From contig OZ024740.1 in the NCBI GenBank assembly GCA_964016885.1, forward strand, positions 372,124,001 to 372,188,000: a DNA stretch of 64,000 nt. The letters run 5' to 3'. The stretch is from Eledone cirrhosa (lineage: Eukaryota). Position 1 is the first letter of the stretch. Every line of letters begins with the position of its first letter. A program made the translations under genes and the position numbers. Under the pieces are notes generated by a model, which made no database searches, was not told the origin of the DNA, and saw only the letters and a list, made by a program, of their open reading frames with translations. Below are positions 53,287-64,000 of this stretch, piece by piece.

Positions 53287-54279
53287 ATATTTTATTACAT
53301 ATATTTACCACTGCGATTCTGTGTTTTTTTCTCTCTCTCTCTTACTGCTCCCCCAGTCTCTCTGTTTCTCCCCCTCTGTCATGTCAGTTAACTCTTCCTC
53401 ACACTTTCACTCACTCACTGTTTCTCTTCTCTTCATTTCATCCACGAAGGCTATTTTTCTCTCTTCTCACATGGCCATAGTTCGTGTCAGGTCTGTTTTC
53501 TAAAAGCGCTCATATATTCACCTAGCTTATGCTAAACAGAATAATTTTGAAGCTTGTTTCTTTCCCCTACGGTTAGCTATACTCTTTGTTGTTCTCCTGT
53601 CTCACTCGCTTTACGCGTTTCAATTGTCCTAATAACTTATTTTGGTTATTATTGCACCGACGTGAGGTATATGATTTTTAATGCAATGAAATATCGATGA
53701 TCGTCGGCAAATCACTGATGAGGGACTCATTTTATTACATGTTATCCATGTGCTACCTGCAGTATTTTTCTCTATATTTTATTACATATATTTACCACTG
53801 CGATTCTGTGTTTTTTTCTCTCTCTCTCTTACTGCTCCCCCAGTCTCTCTGTTTCTCCCCCTCTGTCATGTCAGTTAACTCTTCCTCACACTTTCACTCA
53901 CTCACTGTTTCTCTTCTCTTCATTTCATCCTGTACACCACGAAGGCTATTTTTCTCTCTTCTCACATGGCCATAGTTCGTGTCAGGTCTGTTTTCTAAAA
54001 GCGCTCATATATTCACCTAGCTTATGCTAAACAGAATAATTTTGAAGCTTGTTTCTTTCCCCTACGGTTAGCTATACTCTTTGTTGTTCTCCTGTCTCAC
54101 TCGCTTTACGCGTTTCAATTGTCCTAATAACTTATTTTGGTTATTATTGCACCGACGTGAGGTATATGATTTTTAATGCAATGAGATATCGATGATCGTC
54201 GGCAAATCACTGATGAGGGACTCATTTTATTACATGTTATCCATGTGCTACCTGCAGTATTTTTCTCTATATTTTATTA
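53287..54279. repeat. Tandem duplication with a unit of about 488-495 bp
   Basis: ORF starts at 53697 and 54192 are identical. A 7-bp indel lies near 53931. Confidence 0.92.
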
Positions 54280-54280
54280 T

Positions 54281-54354
<74 letters not shown>

Positions 54355-54420
54355 TATATTATAATTTGAGATTAAACTCTCAGTCATTTACAATAAATCA
54401 GCCTTTCCGAGCAGTTAAAT

Positions 54421-54803
54421 ATATATGATAAACACAAAACGTGTTTGCATTGCAACAGACAAAGTTAGCTATTAATCAAATAAACTAATTAATGTGAATA
54501 CAATTTGTCTGTCTCGATATAAGTCAATAAAGACAAGCTTATATTGGCAAAGGCCGTGATTCCTGGACAAATCTAAATTTCAAAATCTAAATTTCAAAAT
54601 CCAAATTTCAAAATCTAATTTCAAAATCCAGAGTGGGTTTGGATTTTGAAATTTAGATTTGTCCAGGAATCACGGCCTTTGCCAATATAAGCTTGTCTTT
54701 ATTGACTTATATCGAGACAGACAAATTGTATTCACTTTAATTAGTTTATTTCATTAATAGCTAACTTTGTCTGTTGCAATGCAAACACGTTTTGTGTTTA
54801 TCA

Positions 54804-54806
<3 letters not shown>
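54421..54806. repeat. Fold-back element with about 165-bp arms and a short internal AAATTTCAAAATC(T/C) repeat
   Basis: 54421-54587 is approximately the reverse complement of 54642-54806. Confidence 0.88.
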
Positions 54807-54896
<90 letters not shown>

Positions 54897-56139
54897 TAAA
54901 TATGTACCTATATATATGCACACACACATATATATATGCGTACACGCACGCATATTTATACGCCCGTATATGTAAAAATACTTACACACAGACACACACA
55001 CTTGCGTTGGTTCGGGAGGGGAGGTATGTGTTGGCGGTGTTGATGGAGTATGGAGTTGTGTCTTGTGGTGGTATCGCTGGAGTTGTGAGTGACAAACATA
55101 TACCGGATCGAATAGAGCGATGGGTTACAGGTTAAAAGGTGACATAGGTAACGCGGGGGAAAAGAGTTTATGGACGTATGGCGATGTGTGTTGTGGTCAT
55201 GGTGGTGGTGGTGGTGCTGGGGTGATATGTTCGACAAAATGATTACATGATCAGAAGTTACAGTGTCTTACAGGGTAAGGCAGACGGGGTGTGGGGGAGG
55301 ATATAATACAGTCGATCTGGGAGTGAGGGATGATATACGATGTTAATGATATTGAAGTATGTGGATGTATCTAGTGGTGGCGGTGGTTGTGTGTGCGCGA
55401 CAGTACATTTACAGAGTCGAATTTAGCGTGGGGTTGTAGGTTAGGGTAGACAGAGGGGACATGGGGGGATAAGGTAGCGGGTGTGTATAGTAGATATATG
55501 ACCATGTGTGGTGTGGTGGTGGTGGCGATGGTGTGATATGATCGACATTGTATTTACAAGATCCGATATTACTATGGATTGTAAGGTAAAAACCTATCAT
55601 AGAAGACCGATCGAACACAATGATGCAAGGATAAGGGGTGTATGGCGATGTGATTTTTGGTGGGGGTGATGTATGCGGCATGATATACAAAATATGGTCT
55701 TAGAAATGGTTACATGCAGTACAATAAAATAAATTCGCTGAGATGTGCGATGGTGAGACGGGGCAGAGGTGGTTATTATTATGCTGGGTCATGGTTAGTG
55801 TGATTTTTGGTGGGGGTGATGTATGCGGCATGATATAAAAAATACGGGCTTACAAATGGTTACATGCAATACAATAAAATAAGATAAAGTAAAATAAAAT
55901 TAATACATTCGCTGAGATAGGCGATGGTGATACGGGGCAGAGGTGGTTATTATTAAGGTGGGTCATGGTTAGTACGTGGCCCTCCCCCGAATGTTTGTGC
56001 GAAAACGGTGTTCAGCCTGGTGTGTCTGCAATTGACAATTATGTTCGACCTATAGTTTATGGCAGATTTTAATTTAATTATTTCCGCCGCCTCAGCCAGG
56101 CATAATCTGCAGTGGTTTCTGTCACTGGGGAGTTGGGCG

Positions 56140-57461
56140 GTGGCTTATACCGTGACGATGCCCTACTATTGACACGTGGACTCAATAATAGCCAATTAGA
56201 TAGACTACACAAACGACTTAGGTACATCTTTAGGACCCAAGGTTTAGTAGTAGAAATTGAACCTAACAATAGGACAGTAAACTTTTTAGATGTCACCCTA
56301 GAATTAGATTCAGGCCTCTACTGTCCATTCCACAAACCTAATGAAATTCTTAAATACGTCAACAGACACTCCAACCACCCTAGGAGCATAATTAACTCAA
56401 TAGTTAAAAGCGTCTCCAATAGAGTGTCCACCTTGTAGTCTAATGGAAACATCTTCACACAGCACGCGGAATACTACAACTCCGCACTTGTAAACGCTGG
56501 TTACACTGAGAAGATTTCTTACATCGATCCAAATAGAATCGTAACGCCGCTAAACATAACCGGACCCTTAGAAACGAACATAGAAGAAATCTCCACACCT
56601 AGGACAAACAATAACCTAAGACCCTCCGTAGCCGGCAGGGCAGACAGCGCCACACATAACTGTCTAGGAGATAAAGCCATACTCTCCAACCCCAATAACG
56701 ACTCCGACTCTCGCACACGTTTGCGTAGCAATAGAGAGAAAAGACATGACGCCAATAGATTACTTGGAACCACAATGACACATACGCCTGACCAAAACAC
56801 ACACAAACTACCACCCAACCACAAAAACCTCACTAAACACCGCAGAAACCGAAGTAGACCTGTCACATGGTATAACGCCCCGTATTCTATACACGTCGCC
56901 ACTAACATACCGGGAACCTTCTTCAGGGCTCTCGAACAATCTTTTCCACGCACACATAAATACAACAAGCTCTTCAATAGACACACCGTAAAATTCTCTT
57001 TCTCCACAGCACCAAATCTAGTCCACACAATAGCACACACTAATAGGGCAAACATACGAAAACACATGGTTTCCCCACAACAAACCACCACCACAACCCA
57101 GAACGAAACCACACACTCAACACAACACAACAACCCACACACCAGACCCACACCGCATGACACCAAACGCCAACGTACCACCACACCGGTTACACCCAAC
57201 TGCAACTGCAAAAAACGGGCCGAATGCCCACTAAACGGGGAGTGCCTCGTTAAAAATATTGTTTACCGGTGTGATGTCACAGCCGGCAATAAGGAGTACT
57301 CATATATAGGTGTGACATCCACTACGTTTAAGGAGCGCTGGTATAACCGCAGAAGCTCCTTCAAACATAGACTGAAACGACCCCAAACCAGACTGGTCGA
57401 TTTGATCTGGAACCTCAAGGACAGGAATATTGAACCCCAGATCTCGTGGTCAGGGAAATGA
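56140..57461 (+). pseudogene. PLE RT (from GLYRDD) to GIY-YIG, with an internal stop and a 3' deletion
   Basis: GGLYRDDALL..VNFLDVTL..PFHKPN..YVNRHSNHP; WYNAPYS..TNI; CNC..CPLNGECL..IVYRC..YIGVT..FKERWYN. Confidence 0.9.
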
Positions 57462-58065
57462 CGCGTGGCACAACTTCCCCCTATGTCCCCTCTGTCTACC
57501 CTAACCTACAACCCCACGCTAAATTCAACCCTGTAAATGTACTGTCGCGCACACACAACCACCGCCACCACTAGATACATCCACATACTTCAACAATCAT
57601 TAACATCATTAACATCATCAACACATATCATCCCTCACTGCCAGATCGACTGTATTATATCCCCCCCCCCCGCCGTCTGCCTTACCCTGTAACACACCGT
57701 AACTTCTGATCATGTAATCATTTTGTCGAACATATCACCCCAGCACCACCACCACCACCGCCATGACCACAACACAAATCGCCATACGTCCGTAAACTCT
57801 TCTCCCCCGCGTTCCCTATGTCACCTTTTAACCTGTAACCCATCGCACTATTCGATCCTGTATATTTTTGTCTCTCACAACTCCAGCGCAACCACCACAA
57901 GACACAACTCCATACTCCATCAACACCGCCAACACATACCTCCCTTCCCGAAACAACGGAAGTGTGTGTGTCTGTGTGTAAGTATTTTTTACATACACGG
58001 GCGTACAAATATGCGTGCGTGTACGCATATATATATATATGTGTGTGCATATATATATATGTATA

Positions 58066-58151
<86 letters not shown>

Positions 58152-58412
58152 TGTGTGTATATATGTGAATCTGTGTGTATGTGTATGTGTGCGTATATCT
58201 GCATGTATGTGTATGTGTGTGTGTGTGTCTGTGTATATGTATGTGTGTGTATACATATATGTGTGTATACATGTGTGTGTGTATGTTTATGTATACGTGT
58301 GTGTGCGTGTATGTGCGCATATCCGTATGTGTGTATGAGTGTATGTATCTGTATGTATATATGTATAACACCTTCTCCATTGCCTCTCACCTTCCCTCCA
58401 TCTTTGTCCATG

Positions 58413-58483
58413 TATTCTATTATGCGCATTTCAAAAACAAATATCATCATGGGATGATATTTGCGTACTCATCAGATAAAATA
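58413..58483 (-). ncRNA. Type I hammerhead ribozyme
   Basis: Inverted copy of 61802-61872. Confidence 0.82.
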
Positions 58484-58758
58484 GGGAGACATGATATGAA
58501 GCTTAAAAAACACTTGCGAGCAGTGAAGTGTTAAATCAACATATGAAAAATAAAATAAGAAGGTTATATAAGATTGGGAAAAAAAAGGAAAGGAAGGGGG
58601 GAAGGAAAAGGTAAGGAAGAGGAATAAAGAATATAATAAGAAAAAAAAATAATAATAAGGAAAGGATGACAGAGGATGAGTATAAGAAGGAAGGATGAGA
58701 GAGGAGGAGAAAATGAGAGAGAGAGAGTGAGAGAGAGAGAGAGAGAGAGATAGATAGA

Positions 58759-58880
<122 letters not shown>

Positions 58881-59408
58881 GAGAGAGACAGAGAGAGAGA
58901 GAGATAACCTTTAATACTGAGAAACACTGTCTCGCATTGAGAAATAAAAAAAAAACCGTTGTAAGATAATACATAATTTTAAAAAAATTAAGAAATTAAA
59001 AGGTAATGCGGTTTATGAATGGTGATGCTTATAATTAAAGAAAAAGGAATTAAGAATACTATTTATTTAAGGTTTATATATTGAAGGGTTTAATAATATG
59101 TGCGAAAAGGAATTTATTAAAATGTATTATTAAAATAAAATATATTAAGAAGATAAGGTGAATGAAGATAAGGTTAAATGAATTATGAACTTAGAGGAAT
59201 TAATTAGGGTCCAAGTTTGTTTCTATATATTGTAATAGGAAACAGTAAATAATAGGTATAATACGAGCACGGAAGGAGAGAAGAAGGAAGAAATTCAAGG
59301 TAGAAAAAATATATAACGTCAAAAAAATATATGTTTACAAAATTACACTAATGGTAATATTAGTATATATTAAAAATAAAAATGTGAATGGCCGAGAATA
59401 TAAGGAAT

Positions 59409-60813
59409 TGATGGACTTGATTGGAATCTTTATTTTGAATTCTTTAAATCGGAAAATTCCTCAACTTCGCGGTGGAATTTATCGTGAAGATGCCCTGTTT
59501 ACTGTCTTAAACTATAACTTAGTTAACCTTAATATTATTAAGAATAATATACTTGATCTATTTAAGTACCATAACCTAAAAATTGAATTTGAAAACAACG
59601 TCAAACTAGCTAACTTCCTGGATATATCTCTTAATTTTGACACCGGCCTATATTACCCTTACCATAAAGACAATGAGAATCTAAATTATGTTAATTTTAA
59701 ATCTAACCACCCTATTAACGTTAAAAATGCTATAGTCAGTAATGTTGAAAAAAGAATCTCAAATCTATCTTCTAATATCTTTGACGCTAAAGCCAATTAT
59801 TACAATAATGCGCTTTCCATAGCCGGTTATCCTGACAAAATTAAATACAGTAAAGAAAGCAATCATCGAGGGACTTATAGTAATATAGTTAGTTATAAGC
59901 ATTCCAATAACATAAAGTAAAGACCTAGATATAAAAATATGATTTGGTACAACGCTCCTTTTTCTCTATCTATTATTAGCAATATTCCTAAACTATTTTT
60001 TAGGGCCTTAGATAAATGCTTCCCTCCTTCGCATATTTATAATAAGATCTTTAATAAACATACAATTAAAATCTCTTATTCCACCACTTCCAACATCTCT
60101 AACATTATCTCTAAACATAATAATAAAATATTAAGTAATAAATTATATCCATCCAATACTGAGTGTCATAATAATAGCAATAGTAAACCCGACACCAATG
60201 TTAACTCTAGGCTAGATTCCGTAAATTTAAATACGACGTCAAGCGTAACTTTGTCGAATGTTCATAAAACCAATCTATATCAGGAAACTTTAGCACCTAT
60301 CGCAAATAACTTCGCCAATTCAATTCCTTCTATAAATAATACTGGGTCACTTGTTAATAACACTGGTAATTTCTCTAATCGTAATTGCAATTGCCCTGTT
60401 AGAACTAAATGTCCTCTTAGTAACCAATATCTTGATAACAATTTAGTGTATGAATGTAAGGTTATAACTGGTACTAATTCTTTTACCTATTTTGGTTCTA
60501 CTTCCACTTCCTTTAAAGCAAGATTTTATAATCACAATTCTTCTTTTAAATACCAACTTAAAAGAACTAACATGGCACTCTCAGAACTCATATGGTCCTT
60601 AAAGGACAAAAATATTAACTACAACATTTCTTGGAGGAAGGTTTGCAAGCCTCTCCTTACCTTAATTCTTCCCTATCCAGAACATGTAATCTCTGCCTAG
60701 CGGAGAAATTTACCATTATCTCTAATTTTAATTCTATAATAAATAGACGTACGGAATTATTTTCGCTCTGCTTGCATAAATCCCATAGAACTTTCCATAA
60801 AGTATACAGCTAA
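59409..60813 (+). pseudogene. PLE RT C-terminal part and GIY-YIG, frameshifted
   Basis: DLIG.FILN.L..GGIYREDAL..NFLDISL..YVNFKSNHP; IWYNAPFS..KISYS; CNC..CPL; LVYEC..YFGST..FKARFYNH; CNLCLAEK..INRRTE. Confidence 0.9.
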
Positions 60814-61801
60814 TATCTTACTAATATCTTACCTAATTAGTTTAAAATCTTCTTTTCTCAAACGCTTTTATATATTTTTTACAAATATACCCATCTTTCT
60901 ACCTTATTTCAGTATATTATACAATATTACTCATACTATGTCGTTAGCGATCTCCAATTTTTCTTCTTTTTTTCTTCTTTTTTAATTTCTAATCTTTAAT
61001 ATGCAACTTTTACTTCTCAATTACTTATTAATTCATATTATAACTCACTATAGCATTTTCCTTATATTCTCGGCCATACACATTTTTATTTTTTATATAT
61101 ACTAATATTACCATTAGTGTAATTTTGTAAACATATATATTTTTGACGTTATATATTTTTCTTCCTCGAATTTCTACTTTCTTCTCTCCTTCCGTGCTCG
61201 TATTATACCAATTATTTACTTTTTCCTATTACAATATATAGAAACAAACTTGGACCCTAATTAATTCCTCTAAGTTCATAATTCATTTAACCTTATCTTC
61301 ATTCACCTTATCTCCTTAATATATTTTATTTTAATAATACATTTTAATAAATTCTTTTTCGCACATATTATTATATAAACCTTAAATAAATAGTATTCTT
61401 AATTCGTTTTTCTTTAATCATAAAAATCACCATTCATAAACCTCATTAACTTTTAATTTCTTAATCTTTTTTAAATTATGTATTATCTTACAACGGTTTT
61501 TTTAAATTTTTCTCTGTGAGACAGTGTTTCTCAGTATTAAAGGTTATATATCTCTCTCTCTCTCACTCATTTTCTCCTCTTTTCTCATCCTTCCTTCTTA
61601 TACTCCTCCTCTGTCATCCTTTCCTTATTATTATATATTTTTTTCTTATTATATTCTTTCTTCCTCTTCCTTACCTTTTCCTTCCCCTCTTCCTTTCCTT
61701 TTTTTTCCCAATCTCATATATCCATCTTATTTTATTTTTCATATGTTGATTTAACGCTTCACTGCTCGCAAGTGTTTTTTAAGCTTCATATCATGTCTCC
61801 C

Positions 61802-61872
61802 TATTTTATCTGATGAGGACGCAAATATCATCCCATGATGATATTTGTTTTTGAAATGCGCATAATAAAATA
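61802..61872 (+). ncRNA. Type I hammerhead ribozyme at the PLE 3' end
   Basis: tattttat-CTGATGA-ggac gcaaatatcatc cc atgatgatatttgt tttt-GAAA-tgcgca-TA-ataaaata. Confidence 0.88.
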
Positions 61873-62104
61873 CATGGAACTCTTTTAACCATCTTTTGAT
61901 TTTATATTATATATATATGGTTGATATGTGATATTAAATAACTGTTGATGCATCAGGTGTACCATACCAGCGAGTGGCTGAATGCATTTTCATTATAAGT
62001 TTCATGCGTCTGAGGAGCAATTAATTCACGAGTCAGGCCCAATAATGAACGATCGTACCATGAGTAGATTGATTGTGAAATCTGCCTAACATGAGAATAA
62101 AACA

Positions 62105-62178
62105 TGTATAAGATGTCGAATTGATAATTCGTTTCTGCCTGCTTATTATATATAAAATCCATCATCAGCCTTTATACA
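62105..62178 (-). ncRNA. Decayed hammerhead ribozyme
   Basis: tgtataaagg-CTGATGA-tg...ca-GAAA-cgaatt atc aattcg-AC-atcttataca. Stem III is perfect but the triplet is GAC. Confidence 0.5.
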
Positions 62179-64000
62179 CAGTGTTTATACATAGTATATA
62201 TATGTCTTATATTGTCTACACATATTCTAAACTACACTCACGCACTTAAAGACCAGCTGTAATAGAAATATGTGTAATCATATGCCCCACGCACACATAG
62301 ACTGACATATGTGTAACGAAGTGTCAATATTTGTTTGTATAGGAACTTTATCAATCTTTTGGGATATATATGTGTATGCAACGCATATATCTTCCAATAT
62401 GTATATTTTTAAACACTGAAGAATTTGTTAATGAATTTTCAGCATTAATTGTCAGAGGATATTAAAGTCATTTCAAAATTAAGATGATTTAAGTATTACT
62501 CAAATTGGCATTTTGACAATTTATCACTCAGCAGTCATTTGAAAACAAAACGTCGTCTCTGCCACCACCTTGTATCTAACAAAGAACTCCATTCAATATT
62601 TACGAGAAAATCTATCGGAGTAATCTTTTCTTTGTACAACAATATTGCGAAATTAAATATATAAATGACCGTTTAGTAAATCATTTATTAACGAAGAAAG
62701 ACATAAATGACGAATGCAGTGAAGTGTATTGAACATTAAAAAGAAACGCTGTTTTTTTTTATCATGTCCTTTCATAGTTATATTCATCGTCGTACAAAAC
62801 TCCACACGTTTTTATACCACTTTGTTTGTTTCCGTTTTTTTAGGAAACTTCGAATATGTCAGTTAGACAGCGAAACATTAAAGGAATTAACAGAAATAAA
62901 TATAAATACCCTTTGAAAATATAGCTAATCATTTAAGAATAAATGAATAATTCATACAGCTAACGCACTTAAGTTTGTGTTCAAGAGAATTGTGTTCCGT
63001 AGGATTTTCTTCTGATTTTAGACAGTATTTAATGAGACTAATGTGAAACAATAGAATATGGTGTGGCAGCTACACCTTATCTTATGAGAAATAGATTAAA
63101 ACCAGATTATAGCAATGTTGTAAAGGGACCATGTTGAAGTAATTGTAGAAATATTTTAAGTACTCACCGTGGATAGCAAAATAGAGGTCAAAATAATGAT
63201 GTTACATGTTCATGACGACGGAAGTATGATATATTCCAATCAACTTATTTTCATAACATTGTGGTATCAGACATGAACATTTCTAAATAAGTGTGGATGA
63301 TAGTCGGAATTATAAACGAAGAGCATACCATACCAGAAATGCGCACGTCATAAAATTTTAATTTCAATAATAGAAAGAACTTTTAATTTAGGCATATAAT
63401 AAGCAATTTAGAGGGGAATGGAAAGTCGATTTACTTGATACCCAGTAATTGACTGGTACGGTATTTTATTTTCTCCGACAGGCTGTTGTTAACTTATATA
63501 CTCTTTCTTTTAGTTGAAGCGACGCAAGCCCTTTTGTTCAAGTCTCTAATAATTCTGCTGTTTATGTTATTACTAATAACAACTATAAAAAAGAAAATTA
63601 CATTCCAAGTAAATGACTTTTATTTTATTTTTCACTTTTAAAATCCAATTTCACGCCATTTGAAATCATATTTATTTGAGTCAGAGAAAGAAGAAAAAAT
63701 TAGATTTACAATGACAGATCTATTAATTGAGACTTTTGTGATCTCTGCAAAATGAATTGGGAATTGATGACGAGATGATATTAACTGAGGTGTATTCGTC
63801 ATTGAATATCAAAGTTTTCAGATATAAAGTTAATAGATACAGGCTAAAGGGAAATAATTATTTTTCATTAATTTGAAGAATACATAAGATGCATAGCACA
63901 ATGACAATGATAATTAATAATGATAATAATATCAATGATAACAATGATATATTTTGATGAATATCAATAAAAGAATTTTCCTTTTTTACTGATAGTAAAT

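Larger units (their letters stand above)
53035..58409 (+). mobile_element. Penelope-like element with a long inverted 3'-end copy on its left
   Basis: 53035-53285 pairs with 58150-58409, and about 54915-55465 pairs with 57480-58050. The inverted ORF tail CRLCLAE..INYRS..CRH lies at about 55990-56135 on the minus strand. The left arm may extend to about 52480. Confidence 0.85.

Noticed and set aside
63165-63290. Minus-strand segment bounded by TTTAG and GTGAGT
   Set aside because: All three frames contain stops. It might be a non-coding exon, but that needs RNA data.

Overview
This is AT-rich, microsatellite-saturated animal DNA with no intact host gene that I can support. The SINE and microsatellite content suggests a coleoid cephalopod such as octopus (inference). 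The window is a nest of mobile elements: at least 5 Penelope-like element (PLE) remnants with RT and/or C-terminal GIY-YIG, a decayed RepHel Helitron plus non-autonomous Helitrons, Tx1/L1-, CR1-, RTE- and CRE-type LINE fragments, a hAT-like DNA transposon and two tRNA-SINE families. The signal the ORF track misses is RNA-level. Reading both strands by hand gives about 21 type I hammerhead ribozyme (HHR) motifs from roughly 10 sequence families, most with the short or palindromic stem III typical of PLEs and retrozymes. They cap the long inverted arms of the PLEs, sit in small non-coding fold-back elements, and ride inside a Helitron. The top candidate is a young, non-coding 591-bp tandem array with an inverted copy (44556-46718). 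It has one HHR per unit with a compensatory U3-A8 core (UUGAUAA), the architecture of a circRNA-producing retrozyme. HHRs in PLEs and retrozymes are known in general. The specific families, core variants and fold-back junctions here are what merit checking. All folding was done by eye and activity is untested.
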